From: a virus
Virus record (IMG/VR): IMGVR_UViG_3300047476_000779
Coordinates: 6,263 to 70,262 of that record
Length of the DNA: 64,000 nt
Direction: 5' to 3' (one strand)
The notes beneath the pieces are model-generated. The model saw only the letters and a list, made by a program, of their open reading frames with translations, ran no database searches and was not told the origin of the DNA. Below are positions 18,517-27,545 of the stretch, in pieces. Position numbers and translations under genes: made by a program. Position 1 is the first letter of the stretch. Every line of letters starts with the position of its first letter.

Positions 18517-19248
18517 ATGAAAGACAATCTTAAAGACTTAATCGAACACACATATGGTTTAGGTAACATCGACCTAATCAAAATTACAGGTACTGACAAA
18601 GAAACTCAAATCAATGCTATCGCAGATGACAAGAGCGTTATTGTAAGCGGCACATTCAAAGCACCTATTGCTGACTTCATTGGTACATTTGGTATGCCTA
18701 ACTTAGGTAAATTAAAAACTATTATTGGTTTTGAAGAATACGACAATGAAAGTAAAATCAACGTCACTACACAAACTAACGGCGGCGTAACTTCTCCCTC
18801 TGCTATTCACTTTGAAACAAAAGGTGGCGACTTCATCAACGACTATCGCTTAATGAGCAAAACAATTGTTGAAGAAAAAGTCAAGAGCGTTACATTCAAA
18901 GGAGCCGCTTGGGGTGTTGAGTTCGACCCTACTGTAGCAGGTATCTTGCGTTTGAAAAAGCAAAGCCAAGCTAACAGTGAAGAAAAGAACTTTACTATTA
19001 AAACTGAAAATGGCGACTTGAAGATTTATTTCGGTGACCCTTCAACTCACAGCGGTAACTTTGTGTTTCATACAGGTGTTACTGGCGCACTAAACAAGAC
19101 ATGGATGTGGCCCGTTAAAGAGTTTTTGAGTATCATGGACTTGGTTGGTGACAAGACTGTTCGCATTAGTGATGCTGGTGCCGCCGAAGTCACTGTCGAT
19201 AGTGGCACTGCTACATATCGTTATCTACTCCCTGCTCAGGCAAAATGA
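18517..19248 (+). CDS. hypothetical protein
   Basis: 243-aa ORF with RBS AAGGAAAAA. Confidence 0.5.
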   Translation: MKDNLKDLIEHTYGLGNIDLIKITGTDKETQINAIADDKSVIVSGTFKAPIADFIGTFGMPNLGKLKTIIGFEEYDNESKINVTTQTNGGVTSPSAIHFETKGGDFINDYRLMSKTIVEEKVKSVTFKGAAWGVEFDPTVAGILRLKKQSQANSEEKNFTIKTENGDLKIYFGDPSTHSGNFVFHTGVTGALNKTWMWPVKEFLSIMDLVGDKTVRISDAGAAEVTVDSGTATYRYLLPAQAK

Positions 19249-19637
19249 TTGATTACGTAATTGGTGGCGAGTACCTAAATGTTACTAGTAACAAAGGTGC
19301 TCAGCCTTATATCAACATGTCTAGTAGTCAGCCTATGATAGGAGCATTGTCATACGACCATAACAGTCAACAGATGAAAGTCTATGACGGTAATGGTTGG
19401 ATGACTATTGGTGGTGGTAGTGCTACTGTCAATTTGAATCCAAATGCTATCTCTGCGCTTCAATGGGTAGAACGAAAAATGCGAGAAGAACAAGAACGAA
19501 ATCGACTTGCTGAAACCAATCCGGCTATTAAAGATTTACTTGACCAAATTAAAGAAAAAGAAGAACAACTTAAAATGGTCATGACTCTAATAAATAGCCC
19601 CGGTGACAATGAAATCAAACCTTCAATGGTACCTTAA
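19245..19637 (+). CDS. hypothetical protein
   Basis: 130-aa ORF, Gly-rich with a C-terminal coiled-coil-like segment. Confidence 0.45.
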   Translation: MIDYVIGGEYLNVTSNKGAQPYINMSSSQPMIGALSYDHNSQQMKVYDGNGWMTIGGGSATVNLNPNAISALQWVERKMREEQERNRLAETNPAIKDLLDQIKEKEEQLKMVMTLINSPGDNEIKPSMVP

Positions 19638-21253
19638 TGACACAAGATAACTTATCACAAAAACAAAATCCAGAATGGGCGTTGTTCTTACCAGCAGTGT
19701 CAAGTTTTTACATTAGCGGCTTGGGTAAACAACGTAAGGGTGAACCTTACTTTGACCAAAATCGCATACCTGCAGGATTTAACAATGATGTTGAAAAACT
19801 AAACTTTCTAAATAGCAAAGAAGGTCTGTATTACTACAAGTGGGGTTTGTACTCTGCTGGGCACGCCAACTTAGATACAACAGTTGACGATCCTAGCGAA
19901 AGTATCATACGTGAACGTGAAGAGGGCACGTTCATGTTGGGTGACAGTGGTGGTTTCCAGATTCTAAAATGTCAGTGGCCTGCTGATTGGAAAGATCCTA
20001 ATTGTCCTCGTGCTATGAAAAAGCGTCAACAAGTGTTGACATGGATGGATACGTACATGGACTATGGTATGTGTTTAGATATACCATCACAATCCTTGAC
20101 TACCTTTCATATCAAAGATCCTAAGACAGTTGAAAAAGATAAAGACGGAAAAGTTATCCCTGGCTCAGGTATATCAGCACACGGTATCAGCACGATTGAA
20201 GAAGCTATTACAGCTACCCATATTAACAACGAGTACTTTGTTAAGAATCGTTCGGGTAAATGTAAGTTCTTAAATGTTCTTCAAGGTCGTAATCATACTC
20301 AATCTAATGATTGGTATGCCGAAATGAAGAAATACTGTGATCCAAATGTCTATCCAGACAATCACTTTAATGGTTGGGCATTCGGGGGTCAGAACAAGAT
20401 TGACATTCACTTGATGCTAACCCGTTTAGTTGATATCATCCATGATGGTTTACTACAAGAAGGCAAGCATGATTTGATTCACTGTTTGGGTACTAGTATC
20501 TTAGAATATGCCGTATTGTTTACTGACATTCAGAAAGCAATTCGCAAACATCACAATCCAAAACTAGTTATCACGTTTGACTGTGCTAGTCCATTCTACA
20601 GTGCGGCTAAGGGCCTTGCTTATTTCAATACAACTATTGAGCATAACAAGAAATGGTCTTATCAAATGGAAAAGACTGTTGACGGTAAACAATATGGTGT
20701 GCCTCAATTAGGTCAACCTGGTGGTGACCAACGTAAGTTTCGTGATGCTGTATTAGCAGATGGTTTCCATAAGACATTTACAGATAGTCCAGTTACTGAT
20801 AAACTACTACTTAGGGACGTGTGCTATCGAGGCCAGGGCTTCTTGGGTGCACATCAAAAAGAAACTAAAACCAGTTGGGATACGTTGAGTTACACATTGA
20901 TTCAGTCGCATAATGTTTGGATGCACATGAATGCTGTTCAAGAGGCTAATCGCCAGTATGAACAAGGTGTTGTGCCCAAGATGATTATGCACAAGTTCGA
21001 AGGTGGACAATTCTTTGCTAACTTGGTAGATGAAATCTTTAGTAAGAAAACTAAACAAGAAGCTATCGATTTAATTAACTATCACAGTAGCTATTGGCTA
21101 CAGTTTCAATCAGGCAGTCAAGGAATCAGCGGTAAGAAAACTATCAATGCTATGACAATGTTTGACCAATTATTTGAAGTAGCTGGTGAACCCGAAGTTG
21201 ATGAAGCCATCGAAGATAGTGATGACGCAATGGCAGAAATATTAGGAGAATAA
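19637..21253 (+). CDS. dpdA: TGT-fold guanine transglycosylase (DpdA-like, DNA 7-deazaguanine insertion)
   Basis: LGDSGGFQ matches the tRNA-guanine transglycosylase catalytic DSGGFQ motif. In phages this fold, clustered with folE/queD/queE, is DpdA. Confidence 0.65.
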   Translation: MTQDNLSQKQNPEWALFLPAVSSFYISGLGKQRKGEPYFDQNRIPAGFNNDVEKLNFLNSKEGLYYYKWGLYSAGHANLDTTVDDPSESIIREREEGTFMLGDSGGFQILKCQWPADWKDPNCPRAMKKRQQVLTWMDTYMDYGMCLDIPSQSLTTFHIKDPKTVEKDKDGKVIPGSGISAHGISTIEEAITATHINNEYFVKNRSGKCKFLNVLQGRNHTQSNDWYAEMKKYCDPNVYPDNHFNGWAFGGQNKIDIHLMLTRLVDIIHDGLLQEGKHDLIHCLGTSILEYAVLFTDIQKAIRKHHNPKLVITFDCASPFYSAAKGLAYFNTTIEHNKKWSYQMEKTVDGKQYGVPQLGQPGGDQRKFRDAVLADGFHKTFTDSPVTDKLLLRDVCYRGQGFLGAHQKETKTSWDTLSYTLIQSHNVWMHMNAVQEANRQYEQGVVPKMIMHKFEGGQFFANLVDEIFSKKTKQEAIDLINYHSSYWLQFQSGSQGISGKKTINAMTMFDQLFEVAGEPEVDEAIEDSDDAMAEILGE

Positions 21254-21254
21254 T

Positions 21255-21467
21255 ATGCCGTATACTAGTAGAATTAGAACTCTGGAAGAATCATATAGAT
21301 TAGTAGAGAATCAATTGTTCCAATTAGAGAAGTCAGGTAGCACAGATTCTGATAAAATGACACAATTGCGTGAAGCAAAAGAAAAGTACCTTAATGAACT
21401 ACGTCACATGCGTAGGGCACAATGGGATAATGACCACGAAACTGTTGACCTTGGAGATGATAGATGA
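21255..21467 (+). CDS. hypothetical protein
   Basis: 70-aa ORF. Confidence 0.4.
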   Translation: MPYTSRIRTLEESYRLVENQLFQLEKSGSTDSDKMTQLREAKEKYLNELRHMRRAQWDNDHETVDLGDDR

Positions 21468-21919
21468 ACGAGCAACATGAACAAGCACTTGCTGAACAAC
21501 GAGCAAGAATTAAAGACAAAGCCAAACGAATGATCTGGGTAACCTTCAACAAAGAAGGTATCCATCGCTACCCGGCTGCAAGTACCGACCCGAAACTCGC
21601 ATCGGGTGACGAGTATGATGTTAGCTTCTTGGGTATGCCACACAGACATATCTTCCACTTTACAGTGGGGATTCAAGTATTTCATAATGACCGTGATATT
21701 GAATTCATCCAGTTTAAACGCTGGCTTGAGAACCTTTACAAAGAAGGTACTCTGGAACTCAATTTCAAGTCATGTGAAATGATTAGCGATGACCTTTATG
21801 AACAAATCGCTAGTCGCTATACAGGGCGTGACGTTGAAATCACTGTTTCCGAAGACAATGAAAACGGCGCTACAATCTGTTATAATACAACTCAACCTTA
21901 TCAATCACTCGCTATTTAA
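21464..21919 (+). CDS. hypothetical protein in deazaguanine cluster
   Basis: 151-aa ORF directly downstream of the TGT-like gene. Confidence 0.45.
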   Translation: MNEQHEQALAEQRARIKDKAKRMIWVTFNKEGIHRYPAASTDPKLASGDEYDVSFLGMPHRHIFHFTVGIQVFHNDRDIEFIQFKRWLENLYKEGTLELNFKSCEMISDDLYEQIASRYTGRDVEITVSEDNENGATICYNTTQPYQSLAI

Positions 21920-21933
21920 AAGGAAATATTAAA

Positions 21934-22143
21934 ATGGCAAAACCAAAACTCTCCGGTACTTTCAGCACTGAGAATCGCATTTTTGATGACTTGGAAAAGT
22001 ATCTAGAATTCTGTCAAGACTTCGGATACAAATATGACGAATCAACACTATACGACATGCGTAGTTTCGTATTCCGTCAATATCAAAAACATGCCTCAGG
22101 CAAACAAGCTAAGTACTGCTGGGAAGAAGCAATTATTCGATGA
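21934..22143 (+). CDS. hypothetical protein
   Basis: 69-aa ORF with RBS AAGGAAATA. Confidence 0.4.
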   Translation: MAKPKLSGTFSTENRIFDDLEKYLEFCQDFGYKYDESTLYDMRSFVFRQYQKHASGKQAKYCWEEAIIR

Positions 22144-22898
22144 AAATAGTAATTGTCACTGGTGGGTTCGACCCACTACACAGCGGACACATTGAATATT
22201 TCAAGGCCGCACGACAACTCGGTGATATGTTAATCATCGGGTTGAACAGTGACGAATGGTTGACTCGTAAAAAAGGTCAACCTTTTATGCCTTTCACTGA
22301 ACGCTTGTCAATTGTCCGTAATTTAAATATGGTAGATTGGGTTATCGATTTTGATGACTCTGACAATAGCGCAATATGTGCGATTCAGAAAGTAAAAGAA
22401 CGATACCCTAACGACAATATTATTTTTGCCAACGGCGGAGACCGTACCAAAGACAATATACCTGAAATGATTTTTGAAGATGTAGATTTCATGTTTGGGG
22501 TAGGTGGAAATGACAAAATGAATTCAAGTAGCTGGATTCTACATGAATGGAAAAACCCGAAAACCGTGAGGTCATGGGGTTATTATCGTATACTACATGA
22601 TGTACAGGGCTGTAAGGTTAAAGAATTGACTGTAGATCCGGGGAAAAGTTTAAGCATGCAACGACACAAACAACGCAATGAATATTGGTTAGTTAGTGAG
22701 GGTAAATGTGATGTGTTATCAATGATGAACAACGGATACAAATTACCAACACAAACATTAACACAGCACAACTCATATAAAATTCCTGCAGGTGATTGGC
22801 ATCAGCTAAGTAATCCATATAGCGAACCGTGTAGAATTGTAGAAATTCAATATGGTGAGTTATGTGTAGAAGAAGATATAGAAAGAAAAGATGCGTAA
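22140..22898 (+). CDS. HldE-domain-II-like heptose-1-phosphate adenylyltransferase fused to a cupin domain
   Basis: IVTGGFDPLHSGHIEYFKAARQLGDMLIIGLNSDEW closely parallels RfaE/HldE domain II (GCFDILHAGH...VAVNSD). The C-terminus has the cupin pattern (RHKQRNEYWLVSEGK ... PAGDWHQLSNP). Confidence 0.65.
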   Translation: MKIVIVTGGFDPLHSGHIEYFKAARQLGDMLIIGLNSDEWLTRKKGQPFMPFTERLSIVRNLNMVDWVIDFDDSDNSAICAIQKVKERYPNDNIIFANGGDRTKDNIPEMIFEDVDFMFGVGGNDKMNSSSWILHEWKNPKTVRSWGYYRILHDVQGCKVKELTVDPGKSLSMQRHKQRNEYWLVSEGKCDVLSMMNNGYKLPTQTLTQHNSYKIPAGDWHQLSNPYSEPCRIVEIQYGELCVEEDIERKDA

Positions 22899-24078
22899 AT
22901 TATATTACATGGGCCTAGAACCCTACAAAGCACGTTACACCCTTCAACTAACAGAGTGGAATGAACGTGTATTTAAACTACGAGGCATCAATTATGAAAT
23001 CGTGCCCGGAGATACTCTTTCAACTGACCAGCAAATCGTAACAGGTCAAGTGCTTGATGCGCACGGCCGTAGTTATTTTGGTATGAGTCAGTTGATGAAC
23101 TTAGTTAAATTGATGAAGGAAGGTAAGGTAACCAGTGAAGATGTTATCTACTTTGAAGACATGTTCCAGCCGGGCTTTGAAGCGTTGCCTTATATTCTTA
23201 ATCAAGTGCCCGAGACACATCGTCCAAAACTCTTTGCTCGTTGCCTCGCGCAGTCTATCGATCCTGACGATTTTGTCCATGTCTGGGGAATGTCGCGGTG
23301 GATGGGCCTCTACGAGAAAATGGTTTGTGAGGCAGTACGTGACAGTGGCGGTGCAATCCTTGCGACTAATGAAGAAATGGTCATGAATATGAAGATCGCA
23401 GGCTGGGAAGCCCCGATCTACAATATCAGTGGTTTAGCATTCGGTAAAGATGAAGTACAGAGTCGTGTAGGTACTATCAAACCATTCAGTGAACGCAAAC
23501 ATCGTGTTGTTTTTTCAGCACGTTGGGATCAAGAGAAGCAACCAGACTTCTACATGGATATTATTGAAGCATATTTCAAACGTCATCCTGTCAGTGCTGT
23601 TGAATTTTGTGTCTGCGCTGGCAGTAAATTAAAGTCTAACAATGACAGCTATATGGAACGTACCCGTACCTTACAATCTATCGGATTGCTTAAAGTTTAT
23701 GAGGATCTAGAAAAGAATGCTTATTATAATATTGTCAACGATAGCCGTGTTGTATTTAATTGTGCGTTACAAGACTGGGTCTCGAATACTGTCTCGGAAG
23801 CTGATGCTCTTGGTTGTAACGTCCTATATCCTGCTTATCGTAGTTTCCCTGAAACTTTTGCCAACGATGCCACTAGAATGTACATACCTTGGTCTATCGA
23901 GGATGCCCTTGATAAGCTGGAACGGTTGCTAAAGAAACCCAGTGAATACATGGGAGCAATATCAGATTATAACAATGGTACGATTGATCGTATCGTTGAT
24001 ATACTAGAAGGCGGTGGACAGAGTATGTTGAGAATGTCTACCGATTACAGAAAACATACCCGCGAATCAAAATATTAA
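22891..24078 (+). CDS. GT-B fold glycosyltransferase (GT4-like)
   Basis: C-terminal RVVFSARWDQEK ... SEADALGCNVLYP matches the GT-B donor-binding region (E-x7-E like). Confidence 0.5.
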   Translation: MRKLYYMGLEPYKARYTLQLTEWNERVFKLRGINYEIVPGDTLSTDQQIVTGQVLDAHGRSYFGMSQLMNLVKLMKEGKVTSEDVIYFEDMFQPGFEALPYILNQVPETHRPKLFARCLAQSIDPDDFVHVWGMSRWMGLYEKMVCEAVRDSGGAILATNEEMVMNMKIAGWEAPIYNISGLAFGKDEVQSRVGTIKPFSERKHRVVFSARWDQEKQPDFYMDIIEAYFKRHPVSAVEFCVCAGSKLKSNNDSYMERTRTLQSIGLLKVYEDLEKNAYYNIVNDSRVVFNCALQDWVSNTVSEADALGCNVLYPAYRSFPETFANDATRMYIPWSIEDALDKLERLLKKPSEYMGAISDYNNGTIDRIVDILEGGGQSMLRMSTDYRKHTRESKY

Positions 24079-24088
24079 GGAGAAAATT

Positions 24089-24286
24089 ATGAGCGCACAT
24101 GACGATATCAAAACACAATTGGCAGCATACGAAGCCGAAAATGACAAGTTCGTTAAAGGTAATGCGGCAGCAGGCACACGTGCCCGCAAAGCATTAGCAG
24201 AACTAGCTAAAGCGGTTAAAGCACGCCGTAATGAAATTACAGCAGAAAAAGCTGCACGTGCTGAAGAAAAAGCAAAGGCTAAGTAA
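24089..24286 (+). CDS. small Ala/Lys-rich basic protein (nucleoid-associated/histone-like?)
   Basis: 65 aa: GNAAAGTRARKALAELAKAVKARR ... AEEKAKAK. Confidence 0.4.
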   Translation: MSAHDDIKTQLAAYEAENDKFVKGNAAAGTRARKALAELAKAVKARRNEITAEKAARAEEKAKAK

Positions 24287-24288
24287 TC

Positions 24289-24483
24289 ATGGCAACCCGC
24301 AAAACTAAAAAAGTTGCGGGTCCCTCTGTAGTTAAAGGGACCCATCTAACAGTCACAACTGACGAAAATGGTAAAACAACACTAGAGTGGGATGACGAAC
24401 AACTGTTGAAAGAAGTTCGTGAAGCCATTGCTAGCGTGACAGAGGCACCCGTAAAAAAGTCTCGAAAAAAGAAGTCAGCATAA
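24289..24483 (+). CDS. small basic protein
   Basis: 64 aa with Lys-rich termini. Confidence 0.4.
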   Translation: MATRKTKKVAGPSVVKGTHLTVTTDENGKTTLEWDDEQLLKEVREAIASVTEAPVKKSRKKKSA

Positions 24484-24547
24484 ATAAGTATGTCACACAA
24501 CGGTGACAACAATACAAAACTCATATCCGCGTAAGGAAGGATTCTAT

Positions 24548-25225
24548 ATGTCATATAACAAAACAAAAACCGACCCCGAATTAGGTCAACAAGTTCACGA
24601 ACATCTGGTTAAGATGGGTGTTGAAACTCCAATAAAAAAACGTAATCTAGATCGAAAAGAACAGATTGATATCATTGAAGGTAACTTTGCTGAAATCATG
24701 CGAGTTTTAGGGTTAGATTTAACTGATGACAGTCTTATTGATACGCCAAAACGTGTTGCTAAGATGTATGTCAATGAAATTTTCTGGGGTTTAGATTATG
24801 AAGCATTTCCAAAGTGTACCACCGTTGACAATAAAATGCACTACAACGAAATGGTCGTTGAGCGTAACGTGTCAGTACAAAGTAATTGCGAACATCATTT
24901 TGTTGTTATCGACGGCTTGGCTACTGTTGCTTATGTTCCTAAGCAAAAGGTACTTGGTCTGTCAAAAATCAACCGCATTGTTGAATATTTCAGTAAACGG
25001 CCTCAAATACAAGAGCGACTTACTGAACAAATCTTCCATACCCTACAATATATACTTGAGACTGAAGATGTAGCAGTTATGATTGACGCACAGCACTATT
25101 GTGTAAAATCACGTGGTGTAGAAGATACAGGTTCAAGTACAGTTACTTGTCGCTTAGGTGGCGGATTCAAGACTGACCCTGCGGCACGTGCCGAATTCTT
25201 ACAGATTGCTAACAAGGGTAAGTAA
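24548..25225 (+). CDS. folE: GTP cyclohydrolase I (FolE)
   Basis: SNCEHHFVVIDG ... YVPKQKVLGLSKINRIVEYFSKRPQIQERLT is the classic FolE signature. ATG at 24548 with an AAGGAAGG RBS. The ORF track starts it at GTG 24503. Confidence 0.9.
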   Translation: MSYNKTKTDPELGQQVHEHLVKMGVETPIKKRNLDRKEQIDIIEGNFAEIMRVLGLDLTDDSLIDTPKRVAKMYVNEIFWGLDYEAFPKCTTVDNKMHYNEMVVERNVSVQSNCEHHFVVIDGLATVAYVPKQKVLGLSKINRIVEYFSKRPQIQERLTEQIFHTLQYILETEDVAVMIDAQHYCVKSRGVEDTGSSTVTCRLGGGFKTDPAARAEFLQIANKGK

Positions 25226-25425
25226 TGATTACCGAACACTTTAAAAAACAAATAGAAGCAGGCACTGAAATCTTCTTCTATGGATTAGAAAGAACACCTG
25301 AACAAGAAGGCGGTATCGTTGCCAGCATTATGAGACACAAAGGATCATTGGATAGTTTCCCCACTAATCTAGAGTTTGTTAGGATGATGACTGAAAATAC
25401 TCCGTTGTTTAAGGAAGTAGCATGA
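25225..25425 (+). CDS. hypothetical protein
   Basis: 66-aa ORF overlapping the folE stop. Confidence 0.4.
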   Translation: MITEHFKKQIEAGTEIFFYGLERTPEQEGGIVASIMRHKGSLDSFPTNLEFVRMMTENTPLFKEVA

Positions 25426-25449
25426 TAAACCTACTAATAATTTTAGTCG

Positions 25450-25815
25450 TTGTCGCAATCGCTGTGTCAATCGTTCGTAGATTACCCGGTGGATGTCAGC
25501 GTGATTGCAATCAGGGGCGTAACTGTGACTGCCAAGACAAGCGTTGAACTTATTCAAGAAGCCGCAGAACGGATCAGAAATGATCCTGTAAAGCTCAAAG
25601 AGTTCATGCGTAAGGTCATGGGCCCTCCCAAACGAGTACTAGAAGGTGCCGAGCGTGAGCATATGCTTACTGTGTTCAAACTCATCGAACCAGTACGCAC
25701 AACAAACAATCAAAGGTCATTCACTGATGAATATGTACATGCCGGAAAGATGTATGATGTTCATTATTTTGAAGGTGAAACAGTAGTAGAGGAATATTTA
25801 GATGAGGAATCTTAA
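25450..25815 (+). CDS. hypothetical protein (start uncertain)
   Basis: 121-aa ORF. A 41-aa membrane ORF (25422..25547) overlaps its 5' end in another frame. Confidence 0.35.
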   Translation: MSQSLCQSFVDYPVDVSVIAIRGVTVTAKTSVELIQEAAERIRNDPVKLKEFMRKVMGPPKRVLEGAEREHMLTVFKLIEPVRTTNNQRSFTDEYVHAGKMYDVHYFEGETVVEEYLDEES

Positions 25816-25993
25816 ATTAGTTGACGCAGTAATCGCACTGCATGAGATTCGTAGAACAGTAGAAGAAGAATGCGGTAAGTGTAGACTAAGCATAGAGATT
25901 GAACGCATCGCAGATCAGTTACATCAAATGTCTATTCAAGATGCCAAGAACGTTGTAGTTGTTAAAGACATTATCAACAAGGCAAAAGAATGA
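25802..25993 (+). CDS. hypothetical protein
   Basis: 63-aa ORF. Confidence 0.35.
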   Translation: MRNLKLVDAVIALHEIRRTVEEECGKCRLSIEIERIADQLHQMSIQDAKNVVVVKDIINKAKE

Positions 25994-26463
25994 TATTCAA
26001 CCATGTTAAAAAACTTAAACAAGAAGGCAAGCGTATTGGAATCACGTTTAGCACATTTGACTTGCTACATGCGGGACATATTGCTATGCTTAGTGAGGCA
26101 AGAAACCACTGTGACTACCTCATATGCGGTCTTCAAACAGACCCCACTATCGATAGGCCAGAGACTAAGAATAAACCGATACAAAGTATTGTCGAACGTC
26201 AGATACAACTGGCGGCTTGCCGTTATGTTGATGAAGTTGTTGTGTACAGTACCGAACAAGACTTGGTTGACCTCTTACTTATTCTCCCGGTCGATGTTAG
26301 AATTCTCGGCGTCGAATATGCTGACAAAAATTTCACCGGCAAAAGTGAGTGCGACCTCAGAGGGATCGACATTGTATACAACGGTAGAGATCACTCCTTT
26401 AGTTCCAGTAGCTTACGTAAACGTGTCTATGATAGTGAGTCCAACAAAAGAGGACAACAATGA
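25990..26463 (+). CDS. cytidylyltransferase-like nucleotidyltransferase (HldC/TagD-like)
   Basis: GITFSTFDLLHAGHIAMLSEAR contains the GxFDxxHxGH motif. Confidence 0.7.
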   Translation: MIFNHVKKLKQEGKRIGITFSTFDLLHAGHIAMLSEARNHCDYLICGLQTDPTIDRPETKNKPIQSIVERQIQLAACRYVDEVVVYSTEQDLVDLLLILPVDVRILGVEYADKNFTGKSECDLRGIDIVYNGRDHSFSSSSLRKRVYDSESNKRGQQ

Positions 26464-26765
26464 GTAATTTTTACGATTCATTCATGAGTAAATTCGGTGT
26501 CAAACATGTCAGGACATTGCGAGACCGTGATTACCGAACGATCAATTACGGTACTTATAATCAAACTGCTAGTTACTATGCTGACCGTGACGAACTAATT
26601 GAAATGGAACTCACACGCACTGGTTTTGAAAATTTAGTAAATCTAGACCACGAGACTGAAAAGGTATGGCAAGACCAGCGTGATGAAGCATACTTGCGTA
26701 GAACATACCCTGCAGTAGCAGAAGCGTATAGTAAATATAAAATGCTTTTGGAACTATATAAGTAA
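26460..26765 (+). CDS. hypothetical protein
   Basis: 101-aa ORF. Confidence 0.45.
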   Translation: MSNFYDSFMSKFGVKHVRTLRDRDYRTINYGTYNQTASYYADRDELIEMELTRTGFENLVNLDHETEKVWQDQRDEAYLRRTYPAVAEAYSKYKMLLELYK

Positions 26766-26805
26766 AATTTGGTAAATAGATATAGCGGTCTCGGCGTCAT
26801 CCCGC

Positions 26806-26834
26806 TTGAAAAATTCTGCCGCCTATGCTACAAT
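26806..26834 (+). promoter_or_regulatory. sigma70-like promoter TTGAAA-17-TACAAT upstream of queD
   Basis: -35 at 26806-26811, -10 at 26829-26834. ATG at 26851 with an AGGAGAAAAT RBS. Confidence 0.5.
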
Positions 26835-26850
26835 TAACATAGGAGAAAAT

Positions 26851-27351
26851 ATGCATAATCCAATTACATACAAATATACAAGTACTAAAGAGTACCATGA
26901 CGCATTCCCATGCGCTTATCGTCAGTGGCGTGCTGACAGTCATTGTAATACTATTCACGGTTATAGTTTCAGTATGAAATTCTATTTCGGTACAAACGAT
27001 TTAGACGTTCGTAACTGGGCAGCCGATTACGGTGGGTTGAAAGAACTGAAAAAGATTCTTGAGGATCAGTTTGACCACACATTGTTAGTAGCACAAGATG
27101 ACCCTGAACTTGAAACATTCAAACTGTTACAAGAAAAGAAGATGGCTAAACTAACTATTTTGCCTCGCTTAGGTTGCGAAAGTCTTGCTGATATGCTTTA
27201 CAAATATGTCAATGGTGTTTACATCCCTGATATGTGGGGTGAAGGTGAAGCAAAGCGTCTATGGTGCTATCGTGTTGAAGTACGTGAGACACAGAGCAAC
27301 ATGGCTTTCCGTGAAGGTCACCGAGAATGGAATGAGGACTTGTTTACATGA
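26851..27351 (+). CDS. queD: 6-carboxy-5,6,7,8-tetrahydropterin synthase (QueD)
   Basis: CNTIHGYSF (Cx3HGH-type) and FDHTLL motifs of the QueD/PTPS family. Confidence 0.8.
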   Translation: MHNPITYKYTSTKEYHDAFPCAYRQWRADSHCNTIHGYSFSMKFYFGTNDLDVRNWAADYGGLKELKKILEDQFDHTLLVAQDDPELETFKLLQEKKMAKLTILPRLGCESLADMLYKYVNGVYIPDMWGEGEAKRLWCYRVEVRETQSNMAFREGHREWNEDLFT

Positions 27352-27545
27352 ACAAACTAACATATGATGAATGGCTTGAAAAATGCGGTGGGAAGTTGAA
27401 AGATAATCAATTTCAGACCGCGCAAGAAATGATATCCGATTTTCAGAAATTTCACAGACTATCTTTACAAGACGAAATTGATATGATAAATCAATCAGAA
27501 TATCAGTTATATCTACAGCGAGTTGATGCAGGAGTTGAAGAATGA
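27348..27545 (+). CDS. hypothetical protein
   Basis: 65-aa ORF. Confidence 0.4.
   Translation: MNKLTYDEWLEKCGGKLKDNQFQTAQEMISDFQKFHRLSLQDEIDMINQSEYQLYLQRVDAGVEE

Noticed and set aside
18517-19248. Sliding-clamp (gp45-like) assignment for the ORF after the polymerase
   Set aside because: Its size (243 aa) is compatible with a clamp, but no sequence blocks could be aligned to T4 gp45 by eye. Left as hypothetical.
26003-26467. 154-aa alternative-frame ORF overlapping the cytidylyltransferase gene
   Set aside because: It lies in the same span as the ORF carrying the clear GxFDxxHxGH motif. It has no motif of its own and an odd composition, so it is an overlapping-frame artefact.
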